The notes under the pieces: generated by a model
What the model was told of the DNA's origin: nothing
The model's input: only the letters and a program-made list of their open reading frames with translations
The model's database searches: none
NCBI GenBank assembly: GCA_016281495.1
Contig: JAEEIU010000043.1
Location: 21,504-85,503, forward strand
Length of the DNA stretch: 64,000 nt
Direction: 5' to 3'
From: Treponema sp.
Lineage (GTDB): Bacteria > Spirochaetota > Spirochaetia > Treponematales > Treponemataceae
Shown here: piece after piece, positions 17,661 through 26,921 of the stretch
Layout: each line of letters begins with the position of its first letter
How positions within the stretch are numbered: position 1 is the stretch's first letter
Position numbers and translations under genes: made by a program

Positions 17661-19409
17661 ATGAACGGACTGCCATATGTTTACTCTTGGATAACAGGTA
17701 TTTCTCTTTTTGTCATGGGTATTATGATAATCATTCTATCCGCACACAGGGCAACAGAAGCACAAAAATATGTTTCCAGCATAGTCAGCGTCACTTTTCT
17801 TTTCTTTCTTGGCTACATGCTTTATCAGACAGGGAACTCTCTGGACTATATGCTCATTGGAATCAAAATCGAATTGATTTCCATTTTGACCATTTACATT
17901 GTCATTTTCATGGTTTTCCAGCAGGTATACAATGTCCTTATTGCCAGAATTCCGATGATACTGATTACGCTATGGTATGTATTCCTATGCGTAATTGTCA
18001 TCATGCTCAACAAGAACAGGCATGGTGCGGCGTTTACAATGCTTTTTTCCGATTATAGCATCGCGACAAGTACCGATGGAATCATCGGCCTGAAGTATTC
18101 TCCTTCATGGGGCTTTTATGCCATAATCGCCACACTCCTCATAATTGAAATCATCACCATATCCGTTTACATCAGGGCTTGGATTATTTCAAAGTTCCAC
18201 AAATACAAGATCAGCTCATCATTTTTCTTTCTCACTTGCATTCCTCAAACAATAATTTTTGTAAGTCTTTTTACCGGAACCAACAAATATATTTTTCCGT
18301 TTGCCCCAATCATCTGTGCAATTGCATCCCTGCTTGCTACCCTCATGGTGTCAAAGGAACTCTTTTCAAACCTGTACGACATGGCTTACAAGGAAATCAT
18401 GAATTCAATGCAGAATCCGCTTTTGATAATAGACAATTCCTTCCATGTAAGGCGAATCAACAAGGCGGCAAAGGCTGCATTTCCAGAATACAAGGATCTG
18501 GACGATTCCAGTTATTTTAAGATGAAAGTTTCACCGGAAATCCAGAACATAATCACACCACCCATGCACGAAAGCGAAGATGACAACCGATACAAGACCA
18601 TTGGCAAAAATGTATACGAAACAGAAGTACACAAGATTGGAAAAAACAAACATCTTTATGGTTATCTCTTGATCCTGAACAACATGACGGAGCAGTATTC
18701 TCAGAGCTCAAGGCTTCAGGAACTGACCCACAAACTTTCCATTACGTTGCGAACAAACAAGAACAGCGTGATAACCAGCAGGGAAAAACTCATCTCCGGT
18801 TCCTTGCAGTTCATCCGTGACAAGGATCCTGCCACAGCATCCCACATGCGCCGGGTCGGGAACTATGCATTCATTCTTGCGCGGCAATTGCGTAAAGACG
18901 GATCATATACAGAGATTTTAACAGACACATACATGGAAACATTATGTCAGGTCACACCTCTTCATGATGTCGGAAAATTCCTTTTACCTACTGAGCTGCT
19001 TCAAAAAACAGACCTTGAACCGGATCAGATTCAAGCTTTGCAGTCACACACGGTCCTTGGGGCACAGATGATTGACCGGATGATTGTTAACAATTATGAC
19101 GACCTGTATTATCGTCTTTCTCGTGAAATTGCCCTTTACCATCATGAAAACTGGGATGGCAGCGGTTATATACAGGGACTTAGGGGAGAGGAAATTCCGC
19201 TGTCCGCAAGGATAGTTGCCGGAGCCAATGCTTTTGACAATATTGCAATGAAAACAGAACATTACAACAGCAGTAACTTTGAGGCGATATTCAAGGAACT
19301 GGAAGAAGAAATGAAGAACAAGCTTGACCCTCTTGTTCTTGAGGCAATCATCAACGCAAAGGAACAGTTCAAGGAATTGTATGAGCAGGTGAAGTCGGAG
19401 GGCTTATGA
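17661..19409 (+). CDS. Membrane-anchored HD-GYP domain protein (putative c-di-GMP phosphodiesterase)
   Basis: N-terminal multi-TM region of about 230 aa and a PAS-like linker. HD-GYP motifs are TPLHDVGKFLLP and HHENWDGSGYIQGL. Confidence 0.8.
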   Translation: MNGLPYVYSWITGISLFVMGIMIIILSAHRATEAQKYVSSIVSVTFLFFLGYMLYQTGNSLDYMLIGIKIELISILTIYIVIFMVFQQVYNVLIARIPMILITLWYVFLCVIVIMLNKNRHGAAFTMLFSDYSIATSTDGIIGLKYSPSWGFYAIIATLLIIEIITISVYIRAWIISKFHKYKISSSFFFLTCIPQTIIFVSLFTGTNKYIFPFAPIICAIASLLATLMVSKELFSNLYDMAYKEIMNSMQNPLLIIDNSFHVRRINKAAKAAFPEYKDLDDSSYFKMKVSPEIQNIITPPMHESEDDNRYKTIGKNVYETEVHKIGKNKHLYGYLLILNNMTEQYSQSSRLQELTHKLSITLRTNKNSVITSREKLISGSLQFIRDKDPATASHMRRVGNYAFILARQLRKDGSYTEILTDTYMETLCQVTPLHDVGKFLLPTELLQKTDLEPDQIQALQSHTVLGAQMIDRMIVNNYDDLYYRLSREIALYHHENWDGSGYIQGLRGEEIPLSARIVAGANAFDNIAMKTEHYNSSNFEAIFKELEEEMKNKLDPLVLEAIINAKEQFKELYEQVKSEGL

Positions 19410-20227
19410 TGACAGTCGCAAAAAAAGCGGACAGACTGCCACTTGCACTTGCATTGATGAAACTTGCTCTGGCTGTTTTTATCATTGGTTTTATAGCTTT
19501 TCAAATCGCAACTGGAACTCAAGTTGAACTGACAGCAGAAAAAGACAGCGCCATATCCCGCGTTCCCCTAAACAAAAAGTCAATTGTGGTTGATGCCATA
19601 ACCGACATAGAAAATCTGCAGATGAACAGGGCAATTGAAAAATGCGTACAGATTCAGGACGAGGATGTTCCTGATGAAGTTAAGGCTTATATGAAAGAAT
19701 TCATGCTCTTTTATCAAAAAAAATCACAAGGGAAAAAGGTCAATTATCAAATTCAAAATGAGTTTTATTTTGTCAATTCTTCAATCTATATAACAGAATA
19801 TCTTTCCGAAAATACAAGTCTTTCTACTGTACAAGTGCTTCATGCGGGAGAAGTGATTCCATATTTTTGCATAAGCCGTTACTCAGAAAAATTCACCAAC
19901 AGGCAAAATGTAAACCAAAGTCTTTTTAATCTTTGCGGACAGTACATACAGCAGTTCGTTTACCCACAGGACAGTCCCACAAGAATGTCCGCCGACATCA
20001 TCTGTCTTGAGATAAAGACCAAGCTCTACAGTTACCCAAGGAAACCTGATTACTTGAGGCAGGTAATTGCTCTGATTGACGAATACCAGAACACATACAG
20101 CGATACTCTTGGACCAAACGGCACATTCCACAAACAGAGGGATTACCTTGAATCCGCCCGCTCATGGTGCACGAAAAAAATCAACGGCAAATGGTTCATA
20201 GGAAGTTTCCCTGACTATTACATGTGA
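19406..20227 (+). CDS. Hypothetical membrane-anchored protein (single N-terminal TM, about 230-aa extracytoplasmic domain)
   Basis: Start ATG overlaps the HD-GYP stop (ATGA). Hydrophobic segment LALALMKLALAVFIIGFIAFQIA. I recognise no family. Confidence 0.55.
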   Translation: MMTVAKKADRLPLALALMKLALAVFIIGFIAFQIATGTQVELTAEKDSAISRVPLNKKSIVVDAITDIENLQMNRAIEKCVQIQDEDVPDEVKAYMKEFMLFYQKKSQGKKVNYQIQNEFYFVNSSIYITEYLSENTSLSTVQVLHAGEVIPYFCISRYSEKFTNRQNVNQSLFNLCGQYIQQFVYPQDSPTRMSADIICLEIKTKLYSYPRKPDYLRQVIALIDEYQNTYSDTLGPNGTFHKQRDYLESARSWCTKKINGKWFIGSFPDYYM

Positions 20228-20250
20228 GCTAGACCAAGGAGGAATTTAAA

Positions 20251-21348
20251 TTGAAGGAAAAAACCATTGACGTAAAGAAAATAGATTCCATCGCAAACAA
20301 GTTCCTGCTTATGGCATTTGCAGCCATTATGTTCTATCTTTCCATAATCTTCCGAACACGCGGTGGGACGATACGGCTCAGCATCTTTAATTATTTTAAT
20401 ACAATAGCATATTCGATTTTTGCAATCATGCATGCGCTTCATCTCTTTATTTTCATGAGGCATAACGGAAAGGACACAGGCATGCTTGACTTCATTACTT
20501 ACGTGCTTTTGTTTTATGCCTTTTATTCCGTTGTTCTTCTTCCTGCTTCAGGTTTTGCATTGGCTGAATGGCTTGTCGTTACCCTATATCTTTTTCCGGG
20601 ACTTGTATCTTCCATAACCCCAATACGAAAAGAAGGAAAAACCTTTAACATTATTCCGCAGAATCCTGTATGGTTTATGGTTATGGGTGTTCTTTTGATG
20701 CTGTTCAAGGTAATCCTGTGGTGGGCCGTACCCGACAACCTTTATCTTTCTACAATCTCAGGAAACAGTACTTTGCGCATAGCTCTTGTTGTATTGTGCG
20801 GTGCAGGCATTTTTGTTCTTGTAAACCAGTGGATTAACCGCAGGAAAAATTCTCAGGAAACTAAAAACAAAATCAGCGAGGGATTCAAAAAAGGAGCAAA
20901 AGCTATATCCGGATTCTTGTCCACCATCTGGAGTTTTGTACTTACGATTTTTACAGGCCCCGTTCTTTTGATAATAATCTGCATTGCAATCCTGATTTTC
21001 ATCATCTGCTCCGCCCTTTTTGCCCATGGTGTAATTTCCGACATTCAAGACATCATAGAACCATTCCTTGACAAAATGCTTACCACAGGACAGGACAGCA
21101 TCATAAAGAGCAAGCTGTATACAATATGCCAGGTAAGCGCATTCATAGGCTGCACGCTTTTCCAGGTAATACTTTTACTCAACACGATTACAAAAAACCC
21201 AGAAGCAGGCACACCTTCGTCAGAAAGCACTCCAATCAACCAAAACAAGAAGACCACGATAAAGGAAAAATCAAGAAAGAGTATAGAAGAAGTTAGAACC
21301 CCGGAAGTGATTCATCTTGGAACGAGCAATAAAATTCATAATTCGTAA
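20251..21348 (+). CDS. Hypothetical polytopic membrane protein
   Basis: TTG start with aaggagg 8 nt upstream. At least 7 hydrophobic segments and a Lys/Ser/Thr-rich tail. The stop lies inside the heptamer array. Confidence 0.55.
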   Translation: MKEKTIDVKKIDSIANKFLLMAFAAIMFYLSIIFRTRGGTIRLSIFNYFNTIAYSIFAIMHALHLFIFMRHNGKDTGMLDFITYVLLFYAFYSVVLLPASGFALAEWLVVTLYLFPGLVSSITPIRKEGKTFNIIPQNPVWFMVMGVLLMLFKVILWWAVPDNLYLSTISGNSTLRIALVVLCGAGIFVLVNQWINRRKNSQETKNKISEGFKKGAKAISGFLSTIWSFVLTIFTGPVLLIIICIAILIFIICSALFAHGVISDIQDIIEPFLDKMLTTGQDSIIKSKLYTICQVSAFIGCTLFQVILLLNTITKNPEAGTPSSESTPINQNKKTTIKEKSRKSIEEVRTPEVIHLGTSNKIHNS

Positions 21349-21490
21349 TGCGTAATTCATAATTCGTAATTCATAATTCGTAATTCATAATTCATAATTC
21401 ATAATTCTTAATTCTTAATTCTTAATTCTTAATTCTTAATTCTTAATTCTTAATTCTTAATTCTTAATTCTTAATTCTTAATTCTTAATT
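21333..21490 (+). repeat. Tandem heptamer array, about 22.5 units, filling the whole convergent intergenic gap
   Basis: A run of aattcat/aattcgt units (one unit reads aatgcgt) is followed by about 13 aattctt units. The stop of 20251..21348 (21346-21348) and the stop of the ATP-grasp gene (21489-21491) both lie in the array. Confidence 0.95.
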
Positions 21491-22826
21491 ATATAAAAGC
21501 CTCTATTTTTTCCAGGTCTGCCATCAGTTGCGTCTCGAATAGATTCTTGTACTTGAGTGAAAGTTTTTTTATTTCCTCAAAAAGCTCACTGTGATTTTCA
21601 AATCCACCAACTACAACCTCACAATAGCCCTTTTCCCTTTCCTGACGGGCAGCGTTGTTTTTTATCTGGTACATGTAGAGCACGCTTTTTTCCGTTTTGA
21701 TTTTTTCCATCGTTTCATAATCTATAAGCGGAAGTTTAAAGCTGCATGTACAAGTACAATCAAGTGGCTCTGGGAGAACACCTTTTGCCATCATCGCAAG
21801 TTTTTTTACGATTGAAAGTTTTGAGCATGAGGCATAGGTTTCCGACATTCCGGACAGGCGCGGGTTTATTTCTATTACATACCATCGTCCATCCTTAAAT
21901 ATCAGGTCCACTTGCGCAAAGCCATTCAGATTCAACTTTTGTGCAATATGAACGAGCATTGCATTCAATTCTTCTATTTTATATTTTGGATTTGTAACAG
22001 GCCCCAGCTTGATTGAACGCCTTGGACTTGTAAGGCCATACTTGTTCACCGAAAGCAAAAATGGCGGCATCACAAAAACCTTTCCGCCAACAGAGTAAAT
22101 CTCCGTACCAAAGGCAATTCCATCAACAAAAGTTTCCACAAGACGGTCGGAAGAAGTACGTCCAAGATTAAGGTAATGCACCGCTTCCTTAAACGAAACC
22201 GCAACATCCATGCCATAGGAACTCAAGCCCACGGTGTCCTTTATCACAACAGGATACTTCATGTTACGCATTTGGTTCCACACATATTCCTTGTATGCGT
22301 TTACCGTAACATAAGGTTTTGGACGTTCTGCCCAATAAAGTTCATGGTGTACATAAGTTGCATCTGGAACACAAAAGCCCATGTCCTTTATCATGTTGTG
22401 AGTCTGCCATTTGTCAAAACATTTGAGTTCAGATTCAGCGGGATGAAAAACCGTTTTAATTCCATTTTTAACAAGTTCCTCTCCAACAAGAGAATCATTA
22501 AGGCACATCCAGTCAAAGGGGGCCGCCCAATATGAGGTCTGCACCGCAACATCAGGTTTTAACGAAACAATCTCCCGCGCAAAATCCTGAGGAGTGTTAG
22601 CTTTGCTGATTATGCATTGTACCTTAGCCGGTAAATCCAGAACCATATCTTTATCTATGTCAATCAAAAAAGGAGAAGGAAGCTGAGTCACGACATAAAA
22701 TCTGTCATCTGGGAAAAGCTCACACAAATCCTCCCATTCATCCTTTCTTTGGGGAAGAGTCTTTATCTCATGATCCAGTGCCGGGAATTCCACCGTGCTA
22801 CTGGCAAAAAAAACAATGTTCATCAT
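21489..22826 (-). CDS. ATP-grasp domain protein (stand-alone)
   Basis: YPVVIKDTVGLSSYGMDV, VETFVDG and VIEINPRLSG are typical ATP-grasp elements. The ATG at 22826 sits 6 nt after a TATAAT box; the ORF-track start at 22883 is less likely. Confidence 0.7.
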   Translation of the reverse strand: MMNIVFFASSTVEFPALDHEIKTLPQRKDEWEDLCELFPDDRFYVVTQLPSPFLIDIDKDMVLDLPAKVQCIISKANTPQDFAREIVSLKPDVAVQTSYWAAPFDWMCLNDSLVGEELVKNGIKTVFHPAESELKCFDKWQTHNMIKDMGFCVPDATYVHHELYWAERPKPYVTVNAYKEYVWNQMRNMKYPVVIKDTVGLSSYGMDVAVSFKEAVHYLNLGRTSSDRLVETFVDGIAFGTEIYSVGGKVFVMPPFLLSVNKYGLTSPRRSIKLGPVTNPKYKIEELNAMLVHIAQKLNLNGFAQVDLIFKDGRWYVIEINPRLSGMSETYASCSKLSIVKKLAMMAKGVLPEPLDCTCTCSFKLPLIDYETMEKIKTEKSVLYMYQIKNNAARQEREKGYCEVVVGGFENHSELFEEIKKLSLKYKNLFETQLMADLEKIEAFI

Positions 22827-22832
22827 CAATCC

Positions 22833-22861
22833 ATTATACACCGCTTTGGAGGAAATCACAA
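22833..22861 (-). promoter_or_regulatory. Putative promoter of ATP-grasp gene (TTGTGA-N17-TATAAT, ATG 6 nt downstream)
   Basis: On the minus strand, TATAAT is at 22838-22833, followed by ggattg and then ATGATG. Confidence 0.4.
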
Positions 22862-22974
22862 ACTTTGAGAAAAATTTAAACAAAAATCCATAAAAAATTG
22901 ACTTGAAATAATTCGCTTTATGAATGATAATTGAACTTGAAATAAACTAAAAAACCATATCATGGGGAATAAAA

Positions 22975-24576
22975 ATGACTGACGAACAGATTGCAAAAGA
23001 AATTGAAGGCGGACAGGCTGTCCTTGGAATTGAATTTGGTTCAACTAGAATCAAGGCCGTTTTAATCAACAGCGCAAACGAGCCGATTGCAAACGGAGCA
23101 TTCGACTGGGAAAACTCCCTGGTTGACGGGCTCTGGACATATTCACTGGACGAAATCCACAACGGAATCCAAACCGCCTACGCACGCATGAAGGCTGAGA
23201 CAAAGGAAAAATACAACGTAAAGCTTACAAAACTCAAGGCAATGGGAATAAGCGCCATGATGCACGGATACCTTGCATTCGACAGGGATGCAAAACTTTT
23301 GGTTCCGTTCAGGACATGGAGGAATACGGTAACAGGACAGGCATCGGAAGAACTGTCAAAGCTTTTCGGCTACCCCATTCCAGAAAGATGGAGCATCGCA
23401 CACCTTTACCAGGCAATCCTGAACAAGGAGGCACACGTTCCTTCTGTTGCATTCTTTACCACTCTGGCAGGCTACGTCCACCGCATGCTCACGGGAGAAA
23501 AGGTCCTGGGCATTGGAGATGCATCCGGAATGTTCCCTGTAGATTCAAGCACGAAAGACTACAACAAAAAGATGATTTCACAGTTTGACTCCCTTCTTGC
23601 CCCGTACGGTTTCGGCTGGAAGCTTGAGGACATACTTCCAAAATGCCTTGAGGCAGGACAGGACGCAGGAAAGCTTTTACCTGAGGGAGCAAAGTGGCTT
23701 GATGCAGACGGAGACCTTGAACCTGGCATTCCGCTTGCACCACCAGAAGGAGACGCAGGAACTGGAATGGTTGCCACAAACAGCGTAGCGGTAAGGACGG
23801 GAAATGTTTCTGCAGGAACCTCCGTATTTGCGATGATTGTACTTGAAAAACCACTTTCAAAGGCATACAACGGAAAAATCGACATAGTTTCAACACCGGA
23901 CGGAAAGGATGCGGCAATGGCACATGCAAACAACTGTACCGGCGAATACGACAAGTGGATTTCACTTTTCTCTGATGCGGCAAAACGTCTTGGGGCAGAG
24001 TTTGACAAGGGAAAGGCATACCGCATTCTTCTAGAGGCGGCAATGAAGGGAGACAAGGATTGCGGAGGTTTGATTCCGTTCAATTACATATCCGGCGAAA
24101 GCATGACTGGTTTTGCTTCCGGTCGCCCACTTTTTGTAAGAAAGCAGAACGCATCGTTCACACTGGAAAACTTCATGCGCGCACAGCTCTTTACCGCACT
24201 TGGAGCACTCAGGACTGGAATGAACATCCTCTTTGACGACGAACACGTAAGCCTTGACCGCCTTACAGGACACGGTGGATTCTTTAAGGATCAGGACATC
24301 GGCCTTCCGGTTATGGCGGCTGCAATGCATACACCTGTTTCCGCAATGAGCACGGCAGGAGAAGGCGGCCCATGGGGTATGGCACTTCTTGCATCATATC
24401 TTGTAAACAAAAACGGCAAGTCACTCCCCGAATGGCTCAATTCAGCAGTGTTCTCCAGCGCAAAAATCCAGACAGTTGAACCAGACAAGGCAGATGTAGA
24501 GGGATTTGAAAAATTCTTTGCGGATTACACAAAAGCCCTTGCAGTGGAAAAGGCCGCGGTGGAAAACGTAGACTAA
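22975..24576 (+). CDS. FGGY-family carbohydrate kinase (ribulokinase/xylulokinase-like)
   Basis: N-terminal LGIEFGSTRIKAVL (actin-fold phosphate-1) and C-terminal GHGGFF. Adjacent to araD. Confidence 0.75.
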   Translation: MTDEQIAKEIEGGQAVLGIEFGSTRIKAVLINSANEPIANGAFDWENSLVDGLWTYSLDEIHNGIQTAYARMKAETKEKYNVKLTKLKAMGISAMMHGYLAFDRDAKLLVPFRTWRNTVTGQASEELSKLFGYPIPERWSIAHLYQAILNKEAHVPSVAFFTTLAGYVHRMLTGEKVLGIGDASGMFPVDSSTKDYNKKMISQFDSLLAPYGFGWKLEDILPKCLEAGQDAGKLLPEGAKWLDADGDLEPGIPLAPPEGDAGTGMVATNSVAVRTGNVSAGTSVFAMIVLEKPLSKAYNGKIDIVSTPDGKDAAMAHANNCTGEYDKWISLFSDAAKRLGAEFDKGKAYRILLEAAMKGDKDCGGLIPFNYISGESMTGFASGRPLFVRKQNASFTLENFMRAQLFTALGALRTGMNILFDDEHVSLDRLTGHGGFFKDQDIGLPVMAAAMHTPVSAMSTAGEGGPWGMALLASYLVNKNGKSLPEWLNSAVFSSAKIQTVEPDKADVEGFEKFFADYTKALAVEKAAVENVD

Positions 24577-24607
24577 TTGAATCAAAACTGAACAGAGGAA
24601 AACGAAA

Positions 24608-25324
24608 ATGGCAGATTACAAGGACATCAAGGAACAGGCATACAGCGCCAACATGGAAATACCCGCACAGCATCTGGCACTCTACACATGGGGAAACGTC
24701 AGTGCATTCGACAAGGCAAAGGGTGTGTTTGCAATAAAACCAAGTGGAGTACCCTACCCGGACTTAACCGTAGACAGCATGGTTGTAGTTGATTTGGATG
24801 GAAATGTTGTTGAGGGAAAATACAGGCCTTCAAGCGACACATTGACTCATGCGGTCATCTACCGTGATTTTGCGGTAAAGGGTGGAGCCGACATCAATGG
24901 CATCATACACACACATTCAACTTTTGCGGTTAGCTGGGCACAGGCTGTAAAATCAGTTCCGCTTTTTGGAACCACACATGCAGACCACATCCAGACGGCA
25001 GTTCCATGCACGCCATATCTTTCGGAAGAAGCGGTAAAGCAGAATTATGAACTTGAAACAGGAAACCTGATTGTCTCATACTTTAAGGAAAAGGGCTTGA
25101 ATCCAAATGAAGTGAACATGGTTTTGGTGGGAGGCCACGGTCCGTTCTGTTGGGGGCAAAACGCATCAAAGGCTGTGTACAATGCGGCGGTACTTGAAGA
25201 AGTATGCCACATGGCCCTTAATACCCTGCAGTTAAATCCACAGGCAAATCCGCTTCCTGAATACATCATCCAAAAGCACTACCTGAGGAAGCACGGTCCA
25301 AACGCCTATTACGGCCAGAAATAG
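24608..25324 (+). CDS. araD: L-ribulose-5-phosphate 4-epimerase (class II aldolase fold)
   Basis: 238 aa with WGNVS, IKPSGV and IIHTHS motifs of AraD/SgbE. Confidence 0.85.
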   Translation: MADYKDIKEQAYSANMEIPAQHLALYTWGNVSAFDKAKGVFAIKPSGVPYPDLTVDSMVVVDLDGNVVEGKYRPSSDTLTHAVIYRDFAVKGGADINGIIHTHSTFAVSWAQAVKSVPLFGTTHADHIQTAVPCTPYLSEEAVKQNYELETGNLIVSYFKEKGLNPNEVNMVLVGGHGPFCWGQNASKAVYNAAVLEEVCHMALNTLQLNPQANPLPEYIIQKHYLRKHGPNAYYGQK

Positions 25325-25327
25325 GAA

Positions 25328-25482
25328 AGATTGCCGGATCAAGTCCGGCAATGACAAGCATCGTCACACCAACAATGACAAGCATCGTCACACCAACAAT
25401 GACAAGCATCGTCACACCAGCGATGACGGTTATGTCACACCAACAATGACGGTTATGTCACACAGGCGATGACGGTTATGTC
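25328..25482. repeat. CTTGA-loop hairpin module followed by six tandem 23-24-nt repeats
   Basis: agattgccggatcaagtccggcaatgac at 25328-25355. Units atgacaagcatcgtcacaccaaca x3 (25351-25422), then atgacggttatgtcacac... x3 (25423 onward). Confidence 0.9.
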
Positions 25483-25511
25483 ACCCCGGACCTGATCCGG
25501 GGTCTTTTTTT
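25483..25511 (+). terminator. Intrinsic terminator after araD (also a member of the hairpin family)
   Basis: Stem accccgga/tccggggt, loop cctga, then cttttttt. The T-run overlaps the stop codon of the convergent GTPase gene. Confidence 0.75.
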
Positions 25512-26754
25512 AGTCTGCCAGGCACTTGTCCAAATCGGCTGCAATTGCCTTTTTGTCAAGGTTGCGTCCTATGATGCACAGCTTAATCATGCGGTCGCCG
25601 ACTTTTTCGTCCCATTCTTCCTTGATCTGGGGATTTTCCTTGAGTATCTGCTCGCGTTCGCTTGCGGGGGCAGCTGCAATCCACTGTCCGCTGTATCCTG
25701 CCTGAATCTGACGTCCTGAGGTCTCAAACACCCATGCCATGTCCGGATCGTCGCCAAACCACATGAGGCCCTTGCACCTGATGATGTTCCTTGGCCACTT
25801 GTCCGCATATTCATCAAGCTTCTGGCGGTCAAAAGGTTTTCTCCTGTAGTAGATGAAGGTTCCGATTCCGTATTCGTCCTCTGACTCACCCTCATGCCTG
25901 TGCTCATGATGGTGATGATGGTGTTCGTGTCCATGCTCGTGGTCGTGGTCTTCATGATCATCGTGATCGTGATGATGTTCATGCTCTTCGTGATCATGGT
26001 CGTGGTGATGCTCATGGTCGTGTTCATCTTCGTCGTGATCGTCGTCCTCGTCAACTTCGCCTTCCTCAAGCTTCTTGCACCAGCCTGCGCTTGCATAGAC
26101 GGTCTCAAAGTCGAATGAACCGGTTGCCAGAACCTCTCCCACATCAACCTTACCGTGATCGGTTTCGATTACCTTTACGCCAGGATGAAGGGCTTCAATC
26201 ACCTTGCGCACTTTCTTGAACTGATCCTCGGTAACAAGGTCCTTTTTGTTGATTACGAGGGTTGAACAGAATTCAATCTGCTGTACAAGAAGGGATTCAA
26301 TGTCCTCTTCCCCGCGGTCTTCCTTTAAAAGCGAATCTCCACCGGCAAATTCATCCACAAGACGTGCCGCATCAACAACACCCACAACATTGTCCACATA
26401 GGCGTTCTTGATCAGCATGAGTTCCTGGGCAATTGGCATTGGCTCACACACACCGGAAGCCTCTATCATAATGTAGTCGAATTTCTTTGTCTTTACCAGA
26501 TTTTCTATGTTCTGGGCCATCTCGGACTTAAGCGTACAGCAGATGCATCCGTTTGTAAGCGGAACAATGCTTGAAGTGTCTGTGATTTTCGCACCGTCGG
26601 CAATCAGTTTTGCGTCTACATTGACTTCGCCGATATCGTTTACAATGACGGCCACCTTATAGCCGCTCTGATTGTTCAAAACCTGGTTCAAAAGAGTCGT
26701 CTTTCCGGCTCCCAAATAACCGCACAAAAGAGTAATAGGTACCTTATTTGCCAT
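25510..26754 (-). CDS. COG0523-family (CobW/ZigA-like) metallochaperone GTPase with His/Asp/Glu-rich insert
   Basis: P-loop GYLGAGKTTLL, CxCC motif GCICCT, and a His-rich tract of about 60 aa (HDHEHHHDHDHEEHEHHHDHDDHEDHDHEHGHEHHHHHHEH). Confidence 0.85.
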   Translation of the reverse strand: MANKVPITLLCGYLGAGKTTLLNQVLNNQSGYKVAVIVNDIGEVNVDAKLIADGAKITDTSSIVPLTNGCICCTLKSEMAQNIENLVKTKKFDYIMIEASGVCEPMPIAQELMLIKNAYVDNVVGVVDAARLVDEFAGGDSLLKEDRGEEDIESLLVQQIEFCSTLVINKKDLVTEDQFKKVRKVIEALHPGVKVIETDHGKVDVGEVLATGSFDFETVYASAGWCKKLEEGEVDEDDDHDEDEHDHEHHHDHDHEEHEHHHDHDDHEDHDHEHGHEHHHHHHEHRHEGESEDEYGIGTFIYYRRKPFDRQKLDEYADKWPRNIIRCKGLMWFGDDPDMAWVFETSGRQIQAGYSGQWIAAAPASEREQILKENPQIKEEWDEKVGDRMIKLCIIGRNLDKKAIAADLDKCLAD

Positions 26755-26921
26755 GATTAAACCTCGAAAAATGATTTTATACCATATAATATACTCTTTT
26801 TTTGGAAAAACGGCTATAGAAATAACGAATTAAACTACCCTCTTTTCTTATAAGATGAATTTATGATACAATAAATAGAAACCTGAGACAGTTTCGGGTG
26901 TTATATATTCAGGGGAATTAT

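Noticed and set aside
23489-24083. Two long antisense ORFs (184 and 174 aa) inside the FGGY kinase gene
   Set aside because: The opposite strand carries a full-length, motif-bearing kinase. The antisense products are Pro/Arg/Ser/Leu-rich and low-complexity, with no SD.
25351-25504. Possible CRISPR array (regular repeats of about 24 nt)
   Set aside because: The repeats abut each other with no unique spacers. There are only six units and no cas genes, and the unit is shorter than usual CRISPR repeats. It is a plain tandem repeat.
25587-26147. 186-aa minus-strand ORF in an alternative frame and 74-aa plus-strand (antisense) ORF overlapping the His-rich part of the GTPase gene
   Set aside because: These are low-complexity artefacts of the (CAT/GAT/GAC) repeat coding for His/Asp. 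Their products are Thr/Met/Ile or Val/Met runs with no start context.
26755-26897. Zur box upstream of the COG0523 GTPase
   Set aside because: A Zur box is expected for zinc-regulated COG0523 genes, but I found only AT-rich partial palindromes (tataccatataatatac) overlapping a likely -10. Nothing matches a Zur consensus convincingly.
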